Source: the human T2T-CHM13v2.0 reference genome, Homo sapiens | Length of the DNA: 64,000 bases | Assembly: GCF_009914755.1 (NCBI RefSeq) | Contig: NC_060946.1 | Strand: one strand, 5' to 3' | Shown: one piece after another, positions 46,201-60,839 of the stretch | How positions within the stretch are numbered: position 1 is the stretch's first letter | Layout: every line of letters starts with the position of its first letter | Program-made: the position numbers and the translations under genes | The notes under the pieces: generated by a model | The model's input: only the letters and a program-made list of their open reading frames with translations | Told to the model about the DNA's origin: nothing | Database searches by the model: none

Positions 46201-49200
46201 GTTCTGGATTCCTATGTGAGGGGCGAACATTCAGACCACAGCAGTAGTGTTCTGCAATAGTATGTGAGGAACAAACATTCAAACCACAGCAGGACTGTTC
46301 TGGGATACTATGTGAGGGACTAACATTCAGACTCTTGTAGCAGTGTTCTGGAATCCTGTGAGAGGGACAAACATTCAGACCACAGCAGAAGTGTTCTGTA
46401 ATCGTCTTTGAGGGACAAATATTCAAACCCCAGCAGGAGTGTTCTTGAATCCTGTGTGAGATACAAACATTCAAACCATAGCAGGAGTGTTCTGGAATCC
46501 TATGTGAGGGATAAACATGCAGACCACGGTAGGAGTGTTCTGGAATGCTATGTGTGGAACAAACATTCACTCCACTGCAGGAATGTTCTGGGTTCATACG
46601 TGAGGGACAAGACTTCAGACCCTGGTAGCTGTGTTGTGGAATCCTATGTGAGGAACAAACATTCAGACCACAACAGTAGTGTTCTGGAATCCTATGTGAG
46701 GGAGAAAGAGTAAGACCACAGCAGGAGTGTTCTGGAATCTTGTGTGAAGAACAAACATTCACACAACAGCAGGAATGTTCTGGAATCCTGTGTGAGGGAC
46801 AAACATTCACACAACAGCAAGAATGTTCTGGAATCCTGTGTGAGGGACAAACATTCAGATCCTTCTAGCAGTGTTCTGGAATCCTTTGTGAGAGACAAAG
46901 ATTCAGACCCCAGCAGCAGTGTTCTGGAATCCTATGAGTGTGAAAAACATTCAGACCCTTGAAGCAGTTTTCTGAAATCTTATGTGGGGACAAACACTCA
47001 GAGCCCAGCAGCATATACTGGGGATACTATGTGAGGGACACACATTCAGACCACAGGAGGGGTGTCCTGGAATCCTGTGTGACGGTCAAACATTCAGACC
47101 ACAGCAGCAGTGTTCTGGAATCCTATGTGAAGAACAAACTTTCAGCCCACTGTAGGAGTGTTCTGGAATCCAATGTGAGGGACAAACATTCAGACGCTCG
47201 CAACAGTGTTCTGGAATCCTGTGAGAGGGACAAACATTCAGACCACAGTTGGAGTGTTCTGGAATCCTATGTGAGGGACAAACATTCAGACACCAGCAGC
47301 AGTGTTCTGGAATCATACGTGAGGGACACACACTAAGAACCTAGCAGCAGTGTTGTGGAATCCTATGTGAGAGACAAACATTCAGACCACAACAGGAGTG
47401 TTCTGGAATTCTGTGTGAGGAACAAATATTCAGACCATAGCAGGAGTTTTCTGGAATCCATTGTGAGGGACAAACATTCACACCACAGCATGACAGTTCT
47501 GGGATCCTGTGTGCGGGACAAACATTCAGACCACAGCCGCAGTGTTCTGGAATCCTGTATGAGGATCAAACATTCACAACACTGCAGGTGTGTTCTGGGA
47601 TCCTATGTGAGAGACAAGCATTCAGACCCTCGTAGCGATGTTCTGGAATCCTATGTGAGGAACAAATATTCAGACCACAGCAGGAGTGTTCTGGAATCCT
47701 GTTTGAGGGACAAACATTCAGACCATAGCAGGAATGTTCTGGAATCCTATGTGAGGGACTAACATTCAGACCACAGCAGGAGTGTTCTGGAATCCTATGT
47801 GAAGGACAAAATTTCAGAACGTCGTAGCATTGTTCTGCAATCCTATGTGAGGAACAAACATTCAGACCACAGCAGGATTGCTGTGGAATCCTATGTGTGG
47901 GACAAACATTCAGAACCTCGTAGCAGTGTGCTGGAATCTTATGTGAGGGACAGATATTTAAACCCTCACAGCAGTGCTCTGTAATCCTAGGTGAGGGACA
48001 AACTTTCGGACCCTCGCGGCAGTGTTCTCACTACCAGGTAGGGACAAACATTCAGACCCTCCTTGCAGTGTTCTGTAATCCTATTTGAGGGAGAAATGTT
48101 CAGACCCCAGGAGCAGTGTTCTGAAATCCTGTTTATGGCAAACATTTGGACTCCAGCATCAATGTTCTGGAATCGTATGTCAGGGACATACATTCAGACC
48201 ACAGCACTAGTGTACTCAATGCTATGTGAGGAACAAACATTCACACCACAGCAGTACTGTTCTGGGATCCTATGTGAGTGACAAACTTTCAGACCACAGC
48301 AGCTGTCTTCTGGAATCCTATGTGAGAGACAACCATTCAGACCACAGCAGTAGTGTTCTGGAATGCTATGTGAGGAACAAACATTCACACCACAGTAGTA
48401 CTGTTCTGGGATCCTATGTGAGGGACAAACATTCAGAACACAACAGCAGTGTTCTGGAATACTGTGTAAGGGACAAACATTCAGACCCCAACAGGAGTAT
48501 TCTGGAATCCTACGTGAGGAACAAACATTCATACCCTCGGAGGAGTATTCAGGAATCCTATGTGAGGGACAAGCATTCAGACTACAGCAGGAGTGTTCTG
48601 GAATTCTTTGTGAGGAACAAACATTCAGACCGTCGTAGCAGTGTTCTGGAATCCTATTTGAGGGACAAACATTCAGAGCCCAGGGGCAGTTTTCTGAAAT
48701 CCTATGTTAAGGGAAAACATTCGGACCCCAGCATCAATGTTCTGGAATCCTATGTGAGGGACCTACATTCAAACCACAGCGCTAGTGTTCTAGAATGCTA
48801 TGTGAAGAACAAACATTCCCACCACAGCAGGACTGTTCTGGGTTCCTCTGTGTGGGACAAACATTCAAACAACGTCAGGGGTGTTCTGGAATCCTGTTTC
48901 AGGGACAAAAATTCTGAACGTCGTAGCAGTGTTCTGGAATCCTATGTGAGGAGCAAACATTCAGAATACAGCAGGAGTGCTGTGGAATCCTATGGGAGGG
49001 ACAAACATTCAGACACTTGTAGCAGTGTTCTAGAATCCTGTGTGAGGGACAAACATTCAGACCGCAGCAGGAGTGTTCTGGAATCCTATGTGAGGGACAA
49101 ACATTTGGACCCTGGCAGCAGTGTTCTCACTACCAGGTGAGGAACAAACTTTCAGATCCTCGTAGCAGTGTTCTGTAATCCTATGTGAGTGACAAACGTT

Positions 49201-52200
49201 GAGACCCCAGGAGCAGTGTTCTGAAATCCTATGTTAAGGGCAAACATTCTTACCCTGGCATCAATGTTCTAGATTCCTATGTGAGGGACAGACATTCAGA
49301 CCACAGCAATAGTGTTCTGGAATGCTATGTGAGGAACAAACATTCACACCACAGCAGGACTGTTCTGGGATCCTATGTGAGAGACAAACATTCCAGACCA
49401 CAGCAGCAGTGTTCTGGAATCCTATGTGAGGGACAAACATTCTGACCCCAGCAGGAGTGTTCTGGAATGCTATGTGAGGGACAAATATTCAGACCTTCGT
49501 AGCAGTGTTCAGGAATCCTATGTGAGGGACAAACATTCAGACCACAGCAGGAGTGTTCTGGAATCCTTTGTGATGGACAAACATTCAGACCCTCGTACCA
49601 GTGTTCTGGAATCCTATGTGAGGGACAAACATTCAGACACTTGTAGCAGTGCTCTGGAATCCTATGGGAGGGACAAACATTCAGAACCCACCAGGAGTGT
49701 TCTGGAATCTTATGTGAGGAACTAACATTCAGACTACAGCAGGAGTGTTCTGGAATCCTATGTGACGGACAAACATTCAGACCACACCAGGATTGTTCTG
49801 GAATGCTATGTGTGGAACAATCATTCACACCACTGCAGGAGTGTTCTGTGATCCTGTGTGAGGGACAAGCATTCAGACCCTCGTAGCAGTGTTCTGGATT
49901 CCTATGTGAGGAACAAACAGTAAGACCACAGCAGGTGTGTTCTGGAATCCTATGTGGGGAACAAACATTCAAACCACTGCATGAGTGTTCTGTGATCCTA
50001 TGTGAGGGACAAGCATTCAGACCCTCATAGCAGTGTTCTGGATTCCTATGTGAGGAACAAACATTCAAACCACACAGGAGAGTTCTGGAATCCTATGTGG
50101 GGAACAAACATTCAAACCACAGCAGGAGTGTTCTGGAATCCTGTGTGAGGGACAAAATTTCAGAATGTCATAGCAGTGTTGTGGAATCCTATGTGAGGAA
50201 CAAATATTCAGACCACAGCAGGAGTGCTCTGCAATCCTATGTGAGGGACAAACATTCAGAACCTCTTAGCAGTGTGCTGGAATCTTATGTCAGGGACAGA
50301 TATTTAGACCCTCGCAGCAGTGTTCTGTAATCTTATGTGAGGGACAAACATTCAGATCATCACAGCAGTGTTCTCCCTACTGGGTGAGGGAGAAACATTC
50401 AGATCCTCGTAGCAGTGTTCTCTAATCCTATGTGAGGGACAAACTTTGAGATCCCAGGAACAGTGTTCTGAAATCCTATGTTAAGGGCAAACATTCGGAC
50501 CTCAGCATCAATGTTCTGGAATCCTATGTGAGGAACATACATTCAGACCCTTGCAGCAGTGTACTGGAATCCTAGGTGTGGGAGAAACATTCAGGCCCCA
50601 GCAGCAGGGTTCTGGAATCCTCTTTGAGGGACAAACATTAAGACCCCAACAGCAGTGTCCTGGATTCCTATTTGAGAGACAAAGATTGAGACAATGGCAG
50701 GAATATTCTGGAATCCTATGTGAGGGACAAACATTCAGAGCCTTGTAGCAGTGTTCTGGAATCCTATGTGAGGAAGAAACAATCAGACCACAGCATGAGT
50801 GTTCTAGAATCCCATGTGAGGGACAAACATTCAGACCCCTACAGGAATGCTCTGTAATCCCATGTGAGTGTCAAACATTCAGACCCTCATAGCGGTGTTT
50901 AGGAATCATATGTGAGGGACAATCATTCAGACTGCACACAGTAGGAGTGTTCTGGAATTCTATGTGAGGGACAAACATTCAGATCACAGCAGGAGTGTTC
51001 TGGAATCCTATCTGAGGGAAAAACCTTCAGACCCTCGTAGCAGTGTTCTGAAATCCTGTGTGAGGAACAAACATTCAGACCCTAGTAGGAGTTTTCTGCA
51101 ATCCTATGTGAGGGACAAACATTCAGACCCCAGGAGGAGTGATCTGGAATCCTATATGAGGGGCAAACATTCAGACCCACATAGTAGTGTTCTGTAATCC
51201 TGTGTGAGTTAAAAACACTCAGACTATAACAGGAGTGCTCTGGAATCCTATGTGAGTTACAAACATTCAGACCACAGCAGGAGTGTTCTGGAATCCCATG
51301 TGAGTTAAAAACATTCAGACCCTCATGGCAGTGTTCTAGAATCCTATGTGAAGGACCAACATTCAGACTCTCGTAGCCATGTTCTCGAATCCTATGTCAG
51401 GGATATTCAGAACCCACCCGCAGTGTTCTGGAATTCTATGTGACAGACATACTTTCAGACCACAGCAGCAGTGTTCTGGAATCCTATGTGAGGGACAAAC
51501 TTTCAGACCACAGCAGTAGTGTTCTTGAATACTATGTGAGGGACAAATTTTCAGACCATAGCAGTAGTGTTCTCAAATCCCATGTGAGAGACAGACATTC
51601 AGAACCTCGTAGCAGTGATCTCGAATCCAATGTGATGGACAAACATTCAGACCCCAGCAGCAGTGTTCTGGAATCCGATGTGAGGGGCAGACATGCACAC
51701 CCCATCCACAGTGTTCTGGAGTCCTATGTGATAGACAAACATTCAGAACACAACAACAGTGATCTCAAATCCAATGTGAGGGACAAACATTCAGACCCCA
51801 GCAGCAGTGTTCTGGAATCCCATATGACAGACAAACATTCAGACCCTTGTTGCCGTGTTCTGGATTCCTATGTCAGGGATATTCAGACCCCAGATGCAGT
51901 GTTCTGGAATCCTATGTGACAGACAAAGATTCAGACGACAGCAGCAGTGTTCTGGAATCCTATGTGAGGGACAAACTTTCAGACCAAAGCAGGAGTGTTC
52001 TGGAATCCTATGTGAGGGACAAAGTTTCAGACCATAGCAGGAGTGTTCTGGAATCCTATGTGAGGGACAAAGTTTCAGACCATAGCAGTAGTGTTCTCGA
52101 ATCCTACGTGAGGGACAGACACTCAGAATCTCGTAGCAATGATCTCGAATCCTATGTTAGGGATAAACATTCAGAACCTCCTGACAGTGTTCTAGAATCC

Positions 52201-52623
52201 TATGTGAGGGACCAATATTCATACCCTCGTAGCAGGGTTGTGGAATGCTATGTGACAAATATTCAGACCCTAATAGCCATGTTCTCGAATCCTATGTCAG
52301 AGATATTCAGACCCCAGCCTCAGTGTTCCCGAATCCTTTGGGACAGACAAACTTTCAGACCACAGCAGCAGTGTTCTGGAATCCTATGTGAGGGACATTC
52401 AGACCACGGCAGCAGTGTTCTGGAATCCTGTGTGAGGGACAAACATTCAGACCACCACGGCAGCAGTTTTCTGGAATCCTATGTGACGGACATACAGACC
52501 CTCGTAGCAGTGTTATGGAATCCTATGTGAGGGAGAAATATTCAGACCTCAGGAGCAGTGTTTTGGTATCTTATGTGAGCGACAAACACGCAGACCCCAG
52601 CAGCTGTGTTCTGGAAGGCTATG
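37254..52623. repeat. CER (D22Z3-type) 48-bp satellite array, ~15.4 kb, ~320 monomers, single orientation
   Basis: Consensus GTGAGGGACAAACATTCAGACCACAGCAGGAGTGTTCTGGAATCCTAT with a frequent CCCTCGTAGC variant. Its reverse complement ttccagaacact...gtctgaatgtttgtccctcacatagga is the CER signature. No Alu or L1 insertion seen inside. Confidence 0.92.
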
Positions 52624-53343
52624 ATTGGATCTACACTGTGAACCTCAGAAGTGTTCCTCTCTGTTTAATTAATTTTCCACCTTAGGTGGAACATGACTAG
52701 AATGGGCTGCAGTGGAAGGGGTAATTCCCTTCCCCTAGGTTATTTAGTCACTGATTATACTAGAGCAGATTAGGCTGAAGTTAAGTAGTTTCTCCTGTCT
52801 TCAAGCCTTGTTAAGAACTGGCTGCTCTGGCATATTTCAACATGGTTTTCCTTTTTCCTTCCGAAAGGTTGAAGCAAGAGGGGTGTTTTCTCAGGTATTT
52901 GTCACAGGATCCTGGTGAAGCTCCGTGAGACAATTTTACAGTATTGTGCCCCCTCCCCCACAATAACTCTATCTCTTTTTAGTTTTACCACTTAGAGTTG
53001 TCCACACGGATCCTCCAGCTCTTCAGCAGTTACGGTTTGAGATTTTCTACTCCAGCAGTGGTTCCAAACTTGGTTGCAGTAGTGAGTCCATGTTCCTGTA
53101 AGCCATTAAGTCCTATATTCACTTCTCTGTCTCTGCAATCCTGGGGGCAGTGGTTTGTCCTGTGTCCTCCCCTGAGTTTCAAATCTAGAAAGAATTGTTG
53201 ATTTTTTAGTCTATTTAGCTTTTTATTTGTTGTTAAGATTAATTGTGTCATATTAATTTAAGATTGTTATTAAAATTAATTATTGTAAAGTTATTATGGA
53301 TTACTTCCAAGCTTCTTACATGCAGAAATGGGAACCTGGAATG
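52624..53343 (-). mobile_element. L1M (L1MD/L1MC-type) 5' region, right half of the split element
   Basis: 'ctgtgaacctcagaagtg..ccttaggtgg..ttcccttcccctagg..agtttctcctg..gccttgttaagaa..ctctggcatatttcaa' through 'ttccaagcttcttacatgcagaa' matches the L1MD 5' end as I recall it. Confidence 0.75.
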
Positions 53344-54199
53344 TGTTTCTAAAACTGTCTTCTCAATGCCTATGTGCACAGTTAATAGATTTTTTCCCAC
53401 AGGACTATGATCTTGATGAATTATATTAGTAGTCTTCTGAATATTGAACTTTTCTTTATTTGTGGAATCAACTCAGAAAGTTCCTTCTTGGTCTTCACAG
53501 TCTATTTCTCTTCCAGTGTAAATGTTATTGTTTCTGTAGATTCTGTACTTGTTTCTTTTATTCTTTCATTCTCTTATGTTCATATGGTCTGATGGATTCA
53601 GGTACCATTGAAATTCTGGTACTTTCCAAATCTTTATCTTTAGTTTTGATCTCTCTTCTGAACCACTGGAGCCATATTGCCAATTGCCAATTGAACATTC
53701 CCACATATGGAACCTCAGATGTTTCACACATGATATGTCCAATTCTCTGTCACTTCTGGTTATCATATTCTTTTGTTTTTTACAAATTTCACTTCACAAC
53801 ACCAGTACCAAACTAGCTGGATCATGGCAGATAACTTGGAAACAAAACTCCCCTTTTTACCCACTGCACAGCAAATTGGTACCAAATCCTGTTTCTACAT
53901 TTTTTTCCTTTTAAGAATTGCTTCCCTATTGTGTGTTCTCACACTCCATGTCCTGATGTAGGTGGTCATCTCTCTTTCTCTTTACTCCCTTCTGACTTTC
54001 CCTTAAGCTCTTTCCCATTCTCTTTCTCAGGGATGGCTGTTAAAATGCCAATATGGTTATGTAACCTTTCTGTCCTTACTGGACCTCCTTATTTACACCT
54101 GTTTGTGAAGTGGCTGTGTTCAGCCTGGGTGGATACAGCAATTTTTTGTCCCGCAGAGAGGAAATTTTGAAATGCCAGTGTATATGTTTTTAATTAAGT

Positions 54200-54838
54200 A
54201 TACTCACACTTTTGTATTCATGGGTTTTGCATCTGTGGATTCAGCCAACTTCAGATTGAAAATATTCCCACAAAAATAGATGGTTGTCTCTGTGCAGAGC
54301 ATCTACAGAAATTTTTCTTGTCATTATTTCCTTAACAGTACAGTATAACAACCATTTATGTAGCATTACATTGTATTCAGTATTATATGTAATTCAAAGA
54401 TTTAAAGTTCTGTCATGCATGGCTTACTGATGGGATTACTTTCTGAGTAATACATCTTTAGGTAATTTCATTGTTTTGTGAACATCATAGAGTTACAAAA
54501 ACCTACGTGATATGTATATTTTTATTTATATGTTTTTGGTATATGGTTAACCAGATGTCTCAGAGCCATTATTGAATATAATTTTCTGCACTTCATCTGC
54601 AATGTGAATATCAGTTTTCTGTGTATGTTTCATCATCATCTTATGGGACTATTATGATATACATGTTTCATCAATGACTGAAATGTTATTATGCAGCTCA
54701 TTACTGTATACAGGAGGATGTGCATAAGTTATATGCAAATATGAGACTAGTTTATGTAAGAGAGTTATCCAATCTGTGGATTTTGGTATGTGGGGGTATC
54801 TTGGAGTCAGTCCCCATGGATACTGAGGAAGTAATGTA
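54200..54838. mobile_element. MER2 DNA element with a nested Tigger3a-like element (~54409-54707)
   Basis: MER2 halves ('catgggttttgcatctgtggattcagccaac' and 'ccccatggatactgagg') split by a 'tgtcatgcatggcttactga...cagctcattactg' element. Confidence 0.7.
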
Positions 54839-55270
54839 ATGTAAAAATGATAGGTGCAAAATAATTTTTGAAATTAGGTCAAATATTTAAGTGCAGAATC
54901 ACTGCATAATCAATTCCTTAAATGTTGCATTTAACTTTCATCACTGCCCAGGATCATTCATCTAGGCATGGTGCTGTCCAGAGTTCCATTAAAGTGGTGT
55001 GTGTCCTTTTTGCCTTTGTGAGTAGGCTTCTGATACTTTCTCATAGTCATGAGAATTCATGGTTCATGTGGAAGAGCCAAACATCTCATTTTTCAGTAAA
55101 GTGGAACCTCATGATGCAAAATAAACAAAATTTATTTTCTCCTCTCTTATCTTGGTTGGCATTGAAGTTAGGTCTCAATGAGTTCACCTAAACATTATTC
55201 CCAGTATGTGTTTATACTTATATATTCATAACCAGATCATGAGCTCCTTTGAGGAGTAGAATTTTATTCC

Positions 55271-55460
55271 TTTTTTTTTTTTTTTTTGACAGATAGGGTC
55301 TCTGTTGGCCAGGCTGGAGTGTAGTGGTGTGATCATAACTCACTGCACTGTCAAACTCCTGGGCTCAAGCAGTCCTTCAGCCTCAGCTTCCAGACTAGCC
55401 AGGACTACAGGCACGCATTATGCCTATTTTTAAATTATTTTTGTAGAGAGAGGGTCTTGC
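55271..55460 (-). mobile_element. AluJ, partial
   Basis: Poly-T, right arm and part of the left arm. Confidence 0.85.
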
Positions 55461-55700
55461 ATTTTGTTTATACTTTTATCCCTAGCAACAAGGGTGGTTC
55501 TAGATCTATAAGGTCAACTTTGTAATACAATTTTATTAATTCATAAGTTATTATGGTAGAAGCATATTTCTACTGTGATTACTCCTTCTCCCACCATAAG
55601 CAGTACAAAACAAACTACCTCTTATGTAAAATACATATAAGACACATGGACACACAAAAGAGTGAATTCCAAGATTCTTGTTCTTTTGACCCTGGGCTGA

Positions 55701-55990
<290 letters not shown>

Positions 55991-56233
55991 GTGAGTGAAA
56001 CTTCCCAGTAACTCCCACGAATGTGTTTTGTTGTTGGTAAATATAAGAACCCTTTTAAGGTATAATAATATTTACTTGTAAGATTCCAGTTGATGAAAAA
56101 TGTGTCACTAATCTGTAATGAAATGTTCAAATTGGCTCCTTCATTGCACAGTCCCTGAAGCCCAGCTGTTGTCATTCTGAAAAGGATTTGACTTAGTGAT
56201 TTGACAAAGTCTTCCAATGTTTCTCATTACCAG

Positions 56234-56326
56234 GGCTTTGCATTACCAAACCTGAGATGATCTTCAAGCTAGAGAAAGGAGCAGAGCCATGGATAGTAGA
56301 AGAAGCCCCAAACCTGAGACTTTCAA
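56234..56326 (+). pseudogene. ZNF717-like: KRAB-B exon
   Basis: Acceptor cattaccag|gg. Peptide (G)LCITKPEMIFKLEKGAEPWIVEEAPNLRLS. Donor a|gtcagt. Confidence 0.9.
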
Positions 56327-56774
56327 GTCAGTTGGTGAATACTGGGCAGGGAGGCCTGCAGGAGTAATGCCCAGCAGATTTTGGTAGTGTTATCTTGTTT
56401 TCACCACTTTTTTCCCTAGGTCGTCAACCTGAAGACTGTTGGTCTCGATTAAATGTACATTATATAGTCCCCAGAGGTAGCTCTCTTTCATACATCCCAG
56501 TATCTTATTTTTCTGAGTATCTTATTCTATTTACCCCAAATCCAATCCCTGCCATCCTCTCCTTAGGCATTTTTCTTTGCTATTTATTTTCTCTATTTCC
56601 CCCTTTTCCTCTATTGTGATGTAGTATCTTAAAAATTTTTTTACACATTCATGCATTTATTTATCCTTTGAATGTACCTTAAGCAATTTTTAAGAATCAG
56701 TCATTATAACAATGCTGATGAAAATAGTGTTTCTTTTTAAGCCGTAGCTGTATTCTTCTTGTTTTATTTTTTAT

Positions 56775-57192
56775 TAAACAGATGGTTCTCGCTCTTTTTC
56801 TCAGACTCAAGTGCAGTGGCATGATTCTAGTTTACTGTAATGATGAACTCCTGGGCTCAAGTGTTCCTCCCACCCTAGCCTCCCAAGTAGCTAGGACCTC
56901 AGGTGTGTGCCACCACACCCAGCTAATTTTTTATTGTTTGTAGAGATGAGGTCTTGTTCTATTGCCCAGGCTGGTCTTGAACTTCTGGCCTCAAATGACC
57001 CTTGTAGACCCCCAACTACAAAAAAAAAAAGGTAGCTGAGTATGGTGACATCGGTTTGTAATCCCAGTTTTTATACTTGGGAGGCTGAGGTGGAAGGATT
57101 GCTTGGGCTCAGGAGTTTGAAGCTTCAGTGAGCTGTGATAGCAACACTGCACTCCAGCCTGGGTAACAGAGTAAGATCCTGTCTCAGAAAGA
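56775..57192. mobile_element. Two opposed AluJ-type pieces (minus 56775-57000; plus right arm ~57015-57192)
   Basis: Antisense dimer followed immediately by an A-linker and a sense right monomer. Confidence 0.8.
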
Positions 57193-58257
57193 AATTATGA
57201 AGCTGAGGAGGACCCATCATAGGGCCCTGGATAGGTGTGGTGCTGGACTTGGGAGGAGAACCAGAAGATTCTGGGTCTCAAGTCCAAAGAAACCAATTAT
57301 TTCCTGTTGAAGGGCTCAGATTTCTGTTTGAGAGTGGAGTTTGTAGTTACCATTTGAAGATGAGAAATGTACAAGAAACTTCATTTTTATATAAAACTAT
57401 GTGACATCCGAAACTCCAAAACACAAAATAAAACCCTTCAAAAATGGTGAATTATCAAGCAGGGGTGTGTGAGTGGAGAGGGCAGGGCTGTTGATCTCGG
57501 AAGGAACCAGAAGTACACTTTTCAAAGATGACGGACACAGCCTGAGTTGCAGAACCAATCCTTCAGATCACCAGTATGGTTTTTTGACTGGAGCTTCTGT
57601 GCCTATTATGGTTCTGGGAAGCGGGGGATGTTATGTTTAAGTAGGAATTTGCCAGGATCTGTTTTTATTTAACATGGGGAATAAGAGATTTTCTGCTTCG
57701 AAAACCTCCAGACACATTTAACCATTCTCAGGGAGGAGTGAAATGTTAACATATAGGCAAAATCCTGTCCACAAGCTACTTCCATGCTTAGGAGACAGAA
57801 AAATGTTCATCTCCTGTACCTGCCAGTTGCTGACCCAGGAAAAACTGGCTATCTTCAAAGAAAAATAATGAAAAAATACCAGCCATTAAAACAGCCACTA
57901 TTGTTATATGAATAAATAGAAAAAAAGAGAGAAAACAAATGACAGATAATGAGCACTTATTAAAACCTATGAGTAGGAAATAGATACATATTATTACCAA
58001 ATAGTTCTTTGTGAAATAAAAAAGAACAGGAAAACTTCAAAATGCAAAGAAAAACTCAGTTGAGCATTAGAAAATATACTTATTTATTACATGATGTCAG
58101 AAGGAACAGGAACCATATGCATATAAAACCAATACCCATTATTAATTTTTATCAAATCTTTCTCCACTGGGATAGGAAGTATTTTTTTTTACCTTTACAC
58201 AAGCATTCTGTAAGACATGCTCATGTGTGGTTCATGGATACCTTTTTCTCATTTCAG

Positions 58258-60723
<2,466 letters not shown>

Positions 60724-60839
60724 GGAACACACAACCTACACGTCTCTGGCTACTATTATAGATTTCTCCATGCTCAGTCTAGGAGAATATGGCCACAAAT
60801 GGTGACCATTACCTCCTGGCCTACCAACAAGAAGGTCTT

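Noticed and set aside
37212-52530. Dozens of ORFs up to 451 aa with repeats RDKHSDHSRSVLESYV (+) or Cys/His-rich CPSHRIPEHSCCGLNV (-), which look like a repeat protein or metal-binding array
   Set aside because: They arise because the 48-bp unit is a multiple of 3 and lacks stops in those frames. Frames break at random by indels and stops, most starts are GTG/TTG, and I see no sign of codon-level constraint.
37254-52623. CRISPR-like look (conserved block plus variable block at a fixed period)
   Set aside because: The variable parts are point variants of one sequence, not unique spacers. There are no cas genes and the context is primate DNA.
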